From Candidatus Buchananbacteria bacterium CG10_big_fil_rev_8_21_14_0_10_33_19 (lineage in GTDB: Bacteria > Patescibacteriota > Patescibacteriia > 2-01-FULL-39-33): 64,000 bases of DNA. The stretch lies in the NCBI GenBank assembly GCA_002773855.1, contig PEZY01000005.1:218221-282220 (forward strand). The letters are read 5' to 3'. The translations under genes were made by a program, and so were the position numbers. The notes under the pieces are model-generated. The model had not been told where the DNA came from. It did no database searches and worked only from the letters and a program-made list of their open reading frames with translations. Of this stretch, positions 51,372 to 60,993 are shown one piece after another (positions within the stretch are counted from its first letter, which is position 1; the number at the start of each line of letters is the position of its first letter).

Positions 51372-52562
51372 TTATTTGTCAACCTCACTTGTCTCTAATT
51401 CTAGAGCACCAGTAGTATAAACATTCCTAGCATTCCAAAGTAACCAACCAGAAGCATTGTTATCATCACTGGCTTTAATTTGTGCTCTTATCATAGCCGT
51501 ATCGTAATTAGCACCTAAATCAAAATCTTGTAACCATGGTCTGGTTTTGGCTATAGCACTAGTCGTAGAAGCTAAAATAACATTACCCTCTGATAAAGCT
51601 TTATTGACCACTTCATAGGGATGACTGGCTGGATTGGAGTATGATAAAAAACCAGCCGGATAATGAGAAGGGTAAACCATCGGTGAAATATAATCAAAAT
51701 AAAGAGCGGCGTCAACCAAACGCTGACCGATATTTAAATCATATTCGATATTAGAATGTCTTTGATAAGTTAAGCCAAATAAATCCAAAGACAAGGGAAT
51801 GGTTAAATCTTTTAATTCTGTTTTTAGATACTTAAAAAAACTAGCAATTGATTGATATCTTTTGTCGCCATCAGAAAAATTATGATACTGAATTTGCCTG
51901 ATATTACCATCCGATGGAAAACGAATATAATCAAATTGCACCTCATCAAAACCAATTAAAGCTGCCTCGATAGCCTCAGAAGCCACTAAATTCCAAACTG
52001 CTTCGCTGGTCATATCCAACCAACTCACGCCCTTATAATCAAACCACACGCTGCCTGATTTATTTTTCAAAGCTAAATCTGGAAAAGTTTTAACCGCCGT
52101 CGGATCTTGAAAAGTGGTAATTCTAGCAATGGTGTATATATTATTGGTTTGCAAATCATCTAAAATTGCCTTGTACTCATCTCTATCTAAGGCCACTGAA
52201 GAAGTTGGCCAATTAATTATATTTTCTGATATGGGGGCAAACATTAATTTGCCAGCTGGATCTTTAAAATCTATAACTATAGTATTTAACTCAGTGGTCT
52301 TCACTAAATCAACCAGTTCAGTTCTTCTGCGATTATTAGAAAAAGTATAGCCAGTTAAATATATACCCTTAACTATTTTGGGTGTTTTCATGGCTACCGG
52401 ATAAGGCGAGACCATTTCTTCTTCGGCAGCTACTTTTTGTTGTTGGTCAGAAAATAAATTAAAACTTACATTAATACCACTTTCTATGAGGATTAAAAAA
52501 GCACTTAGGACAGCTACTAAGCCTAAAATAGACCATAAAATAGAAACTGGGATCTTTTTCAT
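51372..52562 (-). CDS. Membrane-anchored putative glycoside hydrolase (DUF4015-like)
   Basis: KGIYLT, ELNTIVID, GFDEVQFDYIRFP, SPMVYPSHY, RPWLQDF. Confidence 0.85.
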   Translation of the reverse strand: MKKIPVSILWSILGLVAVLSAFLILIESGINVSFNLFSDQQQKVAAEEEMVSPYPVAMKTPKIVKGIYLTGYTFSNNRRRTELVDLVKTTELNTIVIDFKDPAGKLMFAPISENIINWPTSSVALDRDEYKAILDDLQTNNIYTIARITTFQDPTAVKTFPDLALKNKSGSVWFDYKGVSWLDMTSEAVWNLVASEAIEAALIGFDEVQFDYIRFPSDGNIRQIQYHNFSDGDKRYQSIASFFKYLKTELKDLTIPLSLDLFGLTYQRHSNIEYDLNIGQRLVDAALYFDYISPMVYPSHYPAGFLSYSNPASHPYEVVNKALSEGNVILASTTSAIAKTRPWLQDFDLGANYDTAMIRAQIKASDDNNASGWLLWNARNVYTTGALELETSEVDK

Positions 52563-52618
52563 AGTCTAATTATAACATAGGCTAATAAAATAATCCGCTT
52601 TTGGCGGATTATTTTAAA

Positions 52619-54211
52619 TTAATATCTTTTTTTATTAAATTTCGGCTTAGCTTTAAATTTAGATGGCCCCCTTTTGACAAAGGGTTTTCGTTCGCCACTA
52701 CTAGCATCTTTGGATTTATGGTCACTAGTTTTTTTAGAAAAATTACTAGTAGTTGATCTACTACCAGAATTAGATTTAGTAAACCTAGGATTTCTACTAT
52801 CACCAAATGATTTTTTGCGATCAAATCTATTACGATCACTTTGATAAGCTGGGGCGGTCTCTCTATTGCCAAAATTATTATCTCTATCACCTCTGGTGTT
52901 AACAGCTGATTTGGTTTTATCAAATTTATTTCTACTACCTTGATAACCAGAACTTGGTTTTCTATCAGAAAAATTTCTATTTTTTGAACGGTAGCTAGAT
53001 CCAGAATTATTTTTTCTATAACCTCTAGAAGCTTGAAAGCCCAAAGATCTACCATCTCGATCTAATTCGCGGCCTTCATTTTTAATTTCCACTAATTTAG
53101 TTAAAGGAATTTCTTTGTTAATAATTTTTTCAATTCTTCTAATAGCGCTAATCTGACTAGGGGCAGCAAAAGAAATAGCCTGACCCATTTTACCAGCTCG
53201 TCCAGTTCTACCAATACGGTGAATATAATCTTCAATGTTATCAGGTAAATCAAAATTCAATACCAATTCAATACCTTTAACATCAATACCACGCGCCGCA
53301 ATATCTGTAGCTACTAATACTCGATACTGACCATCTTTAAAACCTTTCAAGGCTCGAGTTCTTTGAGCTAGAGTTCGATTAGAATGAATTTCTGTAACAG
53401 TATGCTTCATATCAGAAATACTACGACAGATATTTTTAACACTGCTTTTAGTTCTAACAAAAATTAAAACCGAACCGTTATATTCTGATAATACTTTTTG
53501 TAATTGATTAATTCTATCTTCTTTACGTAAAATGATCACCTCCTGAATAACATTTTCCGCTGGTGTCCCTGCTGGTGCTACTTCTATTTTTAAAGGTAAT
53601 GACATGTGCTTAGTAGCAATGTCCATAATTGAAGCTGGCATAGTAGCCGAAAATAAAACAGTTTGTTTTTGTTTTGGAGCTAATTTTAAAATCTTGTTTA
53701 ATTGTGGCGCAAAGCCCATATCAAACATTAAATCAGCTTCATCTAAAACTAAAATTTTAACTTCATTTAAATTAAAATTCTTACTTTCCAAATGATCAAT
53801 TAATCTACCTGGAGTAGCGACAATAATTTCTGGATTACGTTTTAAATCTCTAACCTGTGGATATTTAGATTCTCCACCAATTAAAACAACGGTTTTAAGA
53901 TTTAATTTTTGAGCAATCGGTTTTAAATTATCTCTAACCTGAGCAGCTAATTCTCTGGTTGGTACCAAAATTAAACAACGACCACCGCTACTAGATAAAC
54001 GTTGTAACATTGGAATACCAAAAGCCAAAGTTTTACCGGTTCCAGTTTGCGCTATTCCCACCATGTCTTTACCGCTGGCAATCACTGGAATAGATTTGAA
54101 TTGAATTGGTGTCGGTGTAGTGAAGTTTAAATTACCAAGAATAGTTAATATCTTGGGATCTATGCCCAGACCATTAAAAGTTAATGATTCTGGTGATGTT
54201 ATTTGTGTCAT
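52619..54211 (-). CDS. DEAD-box RNA helicase with R/S/K-rich tail (probable start MTQIT)
   Basis: AQTGTGKT, PTRELA, TPGR, DEAD, SAT, HRIGRTGR. Confidence 0.96.
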   Translation of the reverse strand: MTQITSPESLTFNGLGIDPKILTILGNLNFTTPTPIQFKSIPVIASGKDMVGIAQTGTGKTLAFGIPMLQRLSSSGGRCLILVPTRELAAQVRDNLKPIAQKLNLKTVVLIGGESKYPQVRDLKRNPEIIVATPGRLIDHLESKNFNLNEVKILVLDEADLMFDMGFAPQLNKILKLAPKQKQTVLFSATMPASIMDIATKHMSLPLKIEVAPAGTPAENVIQEVIILRKEDRINQLQKVLSEYNGSVLIFVRTKSSVKNICRSISDMKHTVTEIHSNRTLAQRTRALKGFKDGQYRVLVATDIAARGIDVKGIELVLNFDLPDNIEDYIHRIGRTGRAGKMGQAISFAAPSQISAIRRIEKIINKEIPLTKLVEIKNEGRELDRDGRSLGFQASRGYRKNNSGSSYRSKNRNFSDRKPSSGYQGSRNKFDKTKSAVNTRGDRDNNFGNRETAPAYQSDRNRFDRKKSFGDSRNPRFTKSNSGSRSTTSNFSKKTSDHKSKDASSGERKPFVKRGPSKFKAKPKFNKKRY

Positions 54212-54452
54212 AATTATTTTTAGTGTCCCGATCCTTAAAATAGCCACTAAAATGACAAAATAAGTTCGAGTATATTAATATTTTCTAGCTTTTACATTCG
54301 ATAGCCTTCGGATCTTTCGAACTATTACAGTTAATCTGTTTTTAAAACTGGCTTAAGTATAACATAAATAATGTATTTTGTAAATAGCTCAATCTAAATA
54401 AGCCATAAACACCTAAAACACCAACAAAAGACTAAAAAACACCAAAAGCCTA

Positions 54453-54616
54453 TTGACACAACCACTAAAGTTTGCTATACTTACTTATGGTAAGCATTGG
54501 ACGAGTGACTATCTAGTCAAACGCCTAATAATCTACTAAAGTAGTAGTTATAAATAGAAATGCAGTCGAATTTCTAATAACTAGTGCGAATTAATTCACT
54601 TCATTTCTATTCGATT
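54453..54616 (+). promoter_or_regulatory. csp promoter and ~130-nt 5' UTR
   Basis: TTGACA-17-TATACT; long leader as is typical for cold-shock genes. Confidence 0.65.
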
Positions 54617-54811
54617 ATGCAAGGAACTATCAAAAAATTGACTGATAAGAACTTCGGTTTTATTAGCCAAGAAGGCGGAAAAGATTTATTCTTCCACGCT
54701 AACGAGCTTGACGGTACTGATTTTGCTGAACTTAACGAAGGTGACACTGTTACTTTCGAAGTTATTGACACTCCAAAAGGTCAAGCAGCAGTTAAAGTAG
54801 CAAAAGCTTAA
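54617..54811 (+). CDS. Cold-shock protein (start MQGTIK)
   Basis: KNFGFI (RNP1), DLFFH (RNP2), KGQAA. Confidence 0.95.
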   Translation: MQGTIKKLTDKNFGFISQEGGKDLFFHANELDGTDFAELNEGDTVTFEVIDTPKGQAAVKVAKA

Positions 54812-54831
54812 TATTTCTTTTTAAGAAGTAC

Positions 54832-54860
54832 AAAAAAACCACCTTCGGGTGGTTTTTTTT
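54832..54860. terminator. Terminator after csp
   Basis: aaaaaaaccacc-ttcg-ggtggtttttttt. Confidence 0.9.
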
Positions 54861-54890
54861 GTTAATTAAAAATTTTGCTATAATTAAATT

Positions 54891-55289
54891 ATGAAAAAAA
54901 TACTATTAATTTTTATCTTGGCTTTTATCTCTAATATAATTTGGGAAAATCTTCATGCCTTTTTGTATATTCATTATCAAGGCCAGAATATTACTCAATT
55001 AATTTTACTGCGAGCAGCTCTATTTGATGCTACTTTTATAACTATATTATCTCTACCATTTATATTTTTAAAATACTTTAAACAACGTCTTTGGTGGTCT
55101 CTTGTTATGGGAATTATTTTTGCTATCATCTTAGAATATTTTGCTCTCATTACTAATCGTTGGGCTTACAATGATTTAATGCCAATTATTCCCATTATTA
55201 AAACGGGTTTAACGCCAACTCTACAATTAGGTTTAATTGCCTACATCATTTTGCAGACAGTAAATATCAAACCGCAGTTAAACAATTAA
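54891..55289 (+). CDS. Small membrane protein
   Basis: Four hydrophobic segments, WE.H, RWAY..MP, GLTP.LQ. Confidence 0.75.
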   Translation: MKKILLIFILAFISNIIWENLHAFLYIHYQGQNITQLILLRAALFDATFITILSLPFIFLKYFKQRLWWSLVMGIIFAIILEYFALITNRWAYNDLMPIIPIIKTGLTPTLQLGLIAYIILQTVNIKPQLNN

Positions 55290-55372
55290 TCACTAAATTA
55301 TTACTATTTATCTGTTGCTTGCTTTAACTTTTTTTAGTATAATATATTTAGTAAATAAACATTATTGTCCAA

Positions 55373-55804
55373 ATGACCACTAAAAGTCAGAAAACAACCA
55401 TTAACGAAGACAAAGCGAGAGATTTTTTCTTATCTAGTAATTTTTCAGAAGACAATGACAGCTTTACTGGCGGTGAAGGTCAATTATCTTGTGATGTTTA
55501 TCAGAACGAAGATAACATTATTGTTAAATCAGCTATGGCTGGTGTAGATCCTAAAAACTTAAACATTTCTATTAGTAACGATTTATTAACTATTCGCGGT
55601 TATCGAGAAGAAGATAGTGAAATAAAAGACAATAATTATTTTGCTCGTGAAGTTTATTGGGGAGCCTTTAGCAGATCTATTGTCTTACCTCAAGAAATTA
55701 ATCAAAACAAAGTCAAAGCCAGTTTAAAAAAGGGTATTCTCACTATCATCCTACCCAAAAAATACAAAAACACCTCTATACAAGTAGAATCAATTGAAGA
55801 TTAA
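55373..55804 (+). CDS. Hsp20/alpha-crystallin small heat-shock protein
   Basis: DVYQ, AGV, LTIRG, E.YWG.FSRSI.LP, GILTI.LPK. Confidence 0.93.
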   Translation: MTTKSQKTTINEDKARDFFLSSNFSEDNDSFTGGEGQLSCDVYQNEDNIIVKSAMAGVDPKNLNISISNDLLTIRGYREEDSEIKDNNYFAREVYWGAFSRSIVLPQEINQNKVKASLKKGILTIILPKKYKNTSIQVESIED

Positions 55805-55807
55805 AAG

Positions 55808-57730
55808 ATGTCGGTTAACCTAAAACCACAAAAACATATTGAAGATCTAAAAACTATCGTCGAAAGCAAGATCTATGGAAAAATTAAAAAGCAGTGGCTG
55901 ATAATAACTATTATAGTCGCTGTTTTTGCTATGATCTTTATTTTAACCAGTGCTGTGCTAGCTTTTGAAATAAAATATCAAAATAAATTCTTCCCTGGTA
56001 GTCGAATTGGTGATGTTAGTCTAGAGGGCTTAACTGCGCCTGAAGCTTTAGAAGTTGTTAACCAACTAACCGAAAAATTAGAAAAACAAGAAATCAGAAT
56101 TCTCTATAAAAATGGCGATAGTTCTTATTTGAAAATTACACCTTCTATTAATGCTTTAAACGACCCGGATTTATCTCGTGAATTACTTAGATTTGATAAT
56201 CATAAAACAGTTTACGAAGCCTACAATTATGGTCGTAATCAATCTTGGCTAAAAAATATTACTGACCAAGTTAAGATGCTATCAAAAGATAAATACTTCA
56301 AGGCTAGTTTTATTTTAGATGATTCAATGATGCGACAATTAATTAAGCAAGGTTTATCAGAATTAGAAACCATTGCTCAAAATGCCTCGGTCAATGTAAT
56401 CTGGCAAGACAATAATAATTATTCTCTAGAATTTATTGCCGAACAAAACGGTATAACCATTGATTATAATGATGCTATTTCTAAAATCAAAAACAATTTA
56501 GCTGAGCTAAAAAATGATCAAATTGAAATTAAAAAACAAAACGCTGATCCCTTAGTTCACTTGTCAGAGGTACCAAATAAAGAGGCTATGGTTAAGCAAG
56601 TACTGACAACCACTACTCCAGAATTATTATACGGTGATCAAAAATGGACTATATCAAAAAAAGATTTATCACAAATGTTGGAATTCCAAAAAGACAAAGA
56701 TAACTTTTTTATTGTAGCTCTAAATAAAGATAAATTTTTTGACTGGCTCAATAACAATCTATCAGCAAAAATTAATATTGAACCAAAAGATGCCAGCATC
56801 GAAATGATCGATGGTCGAGTTAATAAATTCGAAGCTCACCGAGATGGTCAAACAGTTAATGTCGAAGAAACCTATAATAAAATTAATCCTTATTTAAAGC
56901 AAGGCAACTTAAAAATAGAAGTGGCTGTAGATACCACTTCACCTAAAATCAGCACTTCCGAAATTAATAATTTAGGCATTAAAGAAATTCTGGGCACTGG
57001 TCATTCTAATTTTACTGGCAGTCCAGCCAATAGACGTCACAATATTAAAACTGGGGCTGACAAATTAAACGGTGTTTTAATTAAGCCTGACGAGGAATTT
57101 TCACTCATCAAAACTCTTGGAGAAATTGATGGCGAACATGGCTACAAACAAGAACTAGTTATTAAAGGTAATAAAACTTTACCAGAATATGGTGGTGGCC
57201 TCTGTCAGATTGGTACCACCACCTTTAGAGCGACTATGGGCTCGGGCTTACCTGTTACCGCCAGAAGAAACCATTCCTACAATGTTGCCTACTATCTAGA
57301 AAATGGTTTGCCGGGCACTGATGCTACTATCTACGACCCCAATCCTGATTTTAAATTTATTAATAACACTGGTAACTATGTATTAATCCAAACCAGAATT
57401 ATTGGCGATGATTTATATTTTGATTTTTGGGGCACTAATGATGGTCGACGAGCCGAAAGAACAACACCTCGTGTCTGGAATTGGGTTTCGCCACCAGCCA
57501 CTAAATACATCGAAACCCTAGATTTACCTGTCGGCCAAAAAAGATGCACCGAATCAGCTCACAAAGGTGTCGATACTTCTTTTGATTACACTATCACCTA
57601 CGCAGATGGCCAAGTAGATGAAACTACATTTACTTCTCACTACAAACCATGGCAAGCTGTTTGCTTAATTGGTGTAGAAACCCTTACTCTAGAAAATGCC
57701 ACTTCTACTGATGAAATTTTAATTCCTTAA
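55808..57730 (+). CDS. VanW-family protein with peptidoglycan-binding repeats
   Basis: N-terminal TM; R.HNI, FS, GGGLCQ..TT, R.NHS, DATI. Confidence 0.9.
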   Translation: MSVNLKPQKHIEDLKTIVESKIYGKIKKQWLIITIIVAVFAMIFILTSAVLAFEIKYQNKFFPGSRIGDVSLEGLTAPEALEVVNQLTEKLEKQEIRILYKNGDSSYLKITPSINALNDPDLSRELLRFDNHKTVYEAYNYGRNQSWLKNITDQVKMLSKDKYFKASFILDDSMMRQLIKQGLSELETIAQNASVNVIWQDNNNYSLEFIAEQNGITIDYNDAISKIKNNLAELKNDQIEIKKQNADPLVHLSEVPNKEAMVKQVLTTTTPELLYGDQKWTISKKDLSQMLEFQKDKDNFFIVALNKDKFFDWLNNNLSAKINIEPKDASIEMIDGRVNKFEAHRDGQTVNVEETYNKINPYLKQGNLKIEVAVDTTSPKISTSEINNLGIKEILGTGHSNFTGSPANRRHNIKTGADKLNGVLIKPDEEFSLIKTLGEIDGEHGYKQELVIKGNKTLPEYGGGLCQIGTTTFRATMGSGLPVTARRNHSYNVAYYLENGLPGTDATIYDPNPDFKFINNTGNYVLIQTRIIGDDLYFDFWGTNDGRRAERTTPRVWNWVSPPATKYIETLDLPVGQKRCTESAHKGVDTSFDYTITYADGQVDETTFTSHYKPWQAVCLIGVETLTLENATSTDEILIP

Positions 57731-57731
57731 A

Positions 57732-58169
57732 ATGGTCAGTATTAAACTACTCAAAAAAGATAACTATCTGGCTATGATAAAAAATAGTCTAAATAGTCGT
57801 GCTTATTCAGACATCTTTATTACTAACAATAACCATAAAAAGAACATTACTAAAAATGGTAGCCTATCTTGTGCCTATTTTGTATCATCAATATTAAAAA
57901 TATTTAATCTAATTGATGATCTACATTTAACAGTGGCCGGGACTATTTCTGAATTAAAATCAAAAAATTACCAATCTATCACTAAAAATAAAATATTACC
58001 TGGTGATATTATAGTTTGGTCAGAAAAAAATAAACACGAACATATCGGCTTCTACATTGGTAACAGTCAAGCTATAAGTAATAGTTCTAAGCTAAAGAAA
58101 ATTAAAAAACATCATTATACTTTCAATAAGCAAAGGGTCATTGAAAAAATTTTTAGACCAAAATTATAA
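57732..58169 (+). CDS. NlpC/P60-CHAP-like hypothetical protein
   Basis: SCAYFVS, PGDIIVW, HIGFY (Cys/His dyad pattern). Confidence 0.6.
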   Translation: MVSIKLLKKDNYLAMIKNSLNSRAYSDIFITNNNHKKNITKNGSLSCAYFVSSILKIFNLIDDLHLTVAGTISELKSKNYQSITKNKILPGDIIVWSEKNKHEHIGFYIGNSQAISNSSKLKKIKKHHYTFNKQRVIEKIFRPKL

Positions 58170-58173
58170 AACA

Positions 58174-58203
58174 AAAAAACTACTCTGATCAGAGTAGTTT
58201 TTT
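58174..58203. terminator. Bidirectional terminator
   Basis: aaaaaactactctg-at-cagagtagtttttt perfect inverted repeat. Confidence 0.85.
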
Positions 58204-58592
58204 AATAGTATTATTTAATCTGCTGGTCTCAATTTTTTGATAATACTTAGATGAGCCCCTATGGCCAGGCAAGAAAAATTTTATGAGGCAATTTTCGAGC
58301 CTAAGCCCAAAAATAACTTACAAAATTCCCATGCTTGTCGTGCCTAGCCGTAGTAGCTCACCTAAGCGGTTTTTCCGCTGACGCGGAATGAGAAAAAGAG
58401 ATAAAAACTTTCTCAAAATGGAAGGTGACAAATCATATTATTTGAGACCCACAGATTAAATAATAATATATACAACCCTGCAGACAAGAAATTACTCAAA
58501 GGGAAGATTCCAGTCGAAACCGAAATAATCCTTTTTATAACTCCTATGCTTGTCGTGCCTGCAGAGTTGTAGATACTATTTACTAGGTGTAA
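58204..58592 (-). ncRNA. Putative ~400-nt structured ncRNA with two copies of a bulged-stem motif
   Basis: Promoter TTGACA-17-TAAAAT (58627-58599); long stems whose mismatches read as G-U on the minus strand; repeated AGGCACGACAAGCAU; no ORF. Confidence 0.75.
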
Positions 58593-58747
58593 CTGTGTAT
58601 TTTAGCAAATATAAATGATAATGTCAAGGACTAAACACCTAGGGAAATAAAAAATCGCTTATTTTAGCGAATTTTTAAAAATTATCAAGAATTCTTTACT
58701 AGTCCTGAGCTATTATACAAAAAATTAAAACAACTATCAACTAATAG

Positions 58748-58978
58748 TTATCCATATATTACCAACACCTTGGTTTTACTAGTTTTGCCGGATTTTATCT
58801 CTATTTGGCTTTTAGTGAGACCTAAGTATTTAGATAAAACATCAATCAACTGCTTATTAGCCTTGCCTTCTATTGGCGTGGCCTTGAGTTTAACTTTATA
58901 AACACTATCAGTTATTTTTTCAACTTTAATTTCTTTGGAATTAGTTTTCACTTCTACGGTAATAGTTTTTGAAGTCAT
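58748..58978 (-). CDS. DUF167/YggU family protein
   Basis: V.VK.NS, A.PIEGKANK, I..G.TSK.K. Confidence 0.9.
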   Translation of the reverse strand: MTSKTITVEVKTNSKEIKVEKITDSVYKVKLKATPIEGKANKQLIDVLSKYLGLTKSQIEIKSGKTSKTKVLVIYG

Positions 58979-58979
58979 A

Positions 58980-59480
58980 TTATATCAGTTCTAAAATCTT
59001 TAACTCTAAATTATTAGTTTTTGTATCAAAAACAGAAAATGTAGCTTTAGAAAATATCCCGCCTAGCGTGCCTGGATTACTTAAAGTTGTTTTGCCAATT
59101 TTTTCTATCCAGGGCTTATGGGTGTGTCCATAAAAAACCAAATTATAATTCTGAGTTTCTGCTAATTCTCTAGCTTGCTCGGGAAAATGACAGAAAGCAA
59201 TTTTAATGCCTTCGATATCGAGCGATCCTTCATCACCATACAAGGTAACATTTGAAATACCATCACAAACACTCTCTAGTAAATCTCTATCTGAAACATT
59301 GCCATGAACCAAATAAACAGAACCAGAAAAACTAGGAGCTATAATTTTTTTGACCATATCTGGAGTGGCGATATCGCCACAATGAATAATTGTTTCAATA
59401 TTATTGTTACTGGCCCACACTAAAAATTTTTCTAAGTTGGGAATATTATCATGAGAATCAGATATAATGGCTATTTTCAT
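58980..59480 (-). CDS. YfcE-like metallophosphoesterase
   Basis: SDSH, HCGD, GN, GHTH, NPG. Confidence 0.92.
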   Translation of the reverse strand: MKIAIISDSHDNIPNLEKFLVWASNNNIETIIHCGDIATPDMVKKIIAPSFSGSVYLVHGNVSDRDLLESVCDGISNVTLYGDEGSLDIEGIKIAFCHFPEQARELAETQNYNLVFYGHTHKPWIEKIGKTTLSNPGTLGGIFSKATFSVFDTKTNNLELKILELI

Positions 59481-59483
59481 AAA

Positions 59484-60326
59484 TTACTTTTTAACTCGCA
59501 TTGATTTTAAAGTCATAATATCTTTAGCTCTTTCATTGTCGCCAGGAGTTTCTAGAATCATATCAATATCATACTGATTAGCTAATTTAACTATAGCCAA
59601 AAAACCAGTCTTACCTATTTTACCCTGACCAATATTATCATGTCGATCTTTTTTGGTATTTAATTCTACTTTTGAATCATTAGCGTGAATTAATTTTAAA
59701 TTTTTAATGCCAACTATTTTATCAAATTCTGTAAAGGTTTTTTTAACTGCTACTGGACTAGACAAATCATAGCCACTGGCAAAGGCGTGAGCTGTGTCAA
59801 AGCAAATTCCTAAGCGATATTTTTTTAATTGCCTAGAATTAATCATCTTATTTATTTCCTCAAAAGTATCACCAATAACATTACCAGCACCGGCTGATAT
59901 CTCAATTAACAATTTAGTACCACCCTTATAACCATCTAAGACTTTTTTTAGCCCCTCACAAACCAATTCCAAACCCTTTTCTGAGCCAGATTCTTTAGAA
60001 CTACCAGGGTGGAACATCAAAGCTTTTACCCCCAAAACACTGCCTCTTTCCAATTCTTCTCTAATTATGTTAATCGAAGAATTGTAAATTCTAGTATCTG
60101 GTGAGGCAAAATTAATATAGTAAGGGGCATGAATATAGCAATTAACTTGTTTGTATTCTTTCATATTAGCCTTAAATTGTTTGGCTATATCTGGTGTAAT
60201 TACACTAGCCTTACCGCCCTGAGGCGACCTAGAAAAAAATTGAAAACATTCACAGCCAATATCTTTAGCTCTTTGTGGGGCTAAAGTTAAACTGCCAGCC
60301 GCTGAAACGTGGGCTCCAATATTCAT
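59484..60326 (-). CDS. nfo: Endonuclease IV
   Basis: IGAHVS, HAPYYIN, FHPGS, CFDTAH, HANDS, DRH, ILETP. Confidence 0.95.
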   Translation of the reverse strand: MNIGAHVSAAGSLTLAPQRAKDIGCECFQFFSRSPQGGKASVITPDIAKQFKANMKEYKQVNCYIHAPYYINFASPDTRIYNSSINIIREELERGSVLGVKALMFHPGSSKESGSEKGLELVCEGLKKVLDGYKGGTKLLIEISAGAGNVIGDTFEEINKMINSRQLKKYRLGICFDTAHAFASGYDLSSPVAVKKTFTEFDKIVGIKNLKLIHANDSKVELNTKKDRHDNIGQGKIGKTGFLAIVKLANQYDIDMILETPGDNERAKDIMTLKSMRVKK

Positions 60327-60388
60327 AAAATTTTATTAAACTGTAATTATTCTTATTATATCACAATGTGGTTAATATGAATTGATAC

Positions 60389-60904
60389 TTAAGAATTAGA
60401 ATTTGCAATTTTGGCCATGGCCTGAGACAACCTATCTTCTACACTGCCAGTTAAAATAGTATGGTCAATGCTCCAATCTCTTATTAACTCTAGGTAACGT
60501 TCGTCGACTTTTTTTTGAAACTCAATATTTGTGCTCCTAATGCCATCATCTTCTATAGTAAACTCTATTGGCAGATAAAAAACATAATCATATCTAATAT
60601 TCTTTTTTATCATTTCTGATAACAAACTTTTTACTCTATCGTCATCAAAAAGAACATCAGCATAAACACTATAGTCTATTAAACATTTGTCAGCTACAAA
60701 ATTAATCGTATTTTTTTCTACTTCTAATTGTTTAGCAAATAGCCAAAATTGAGTTTCAAATGGCGTAGTCTCATTAATTTCAAAGCCTTTCTGAAAAGCC
60801 TCCACTACCACATCGTGAATAACTGGCAAGTTTAATTGCTCTGATAATTTTTTACTTAAAGTTGTTTTACCAACACCATGGGCGCCAATTATTGTTATTC
60901 TCAT
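60389..60904 (-). CDS. AAA_28/NadR-like P-loop nucleotide kinase
   Basis: GAHGVGKTT, DKCLID, YDYVFY, EDDGIR. Confidence 0.8.
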   Translation of the reverse strand: MRITIIGAHGVGKTTLSKKLSEQLNLPVIHDVVVEAFQKGFEINETTPFETQFWLFAKQLEVEKNTINFVADKCLIDYSVYADVLFDDDRVKSLLSEMIKKNIRYDYVFYLPIEFTIEDDGIRSTNIEFQKKVDERYLELIRDWSIDHTILTGSVEDRLSQAMAKIANSNS

Positions 60905-60993
60905 CTAAAAAAATTTATATTTAATAAATACATATTACTTAATTTACTATTTTTTTTCAAATAAAAAATCCCGTAAATAACGGGATATTAATT

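Noticed and set aside
52609-53055. 148-aa alternative-frame ORF within the helicase tail
   Set aside because: A by-product of the low-complexity R/S/K tail; no start signals
58331-58560. 15-bp direct repeat as a mini-CRISPR or att site
   Set aside because: Only two copies, each embedded in an equivalent stem; no integrase or cas gene nearby
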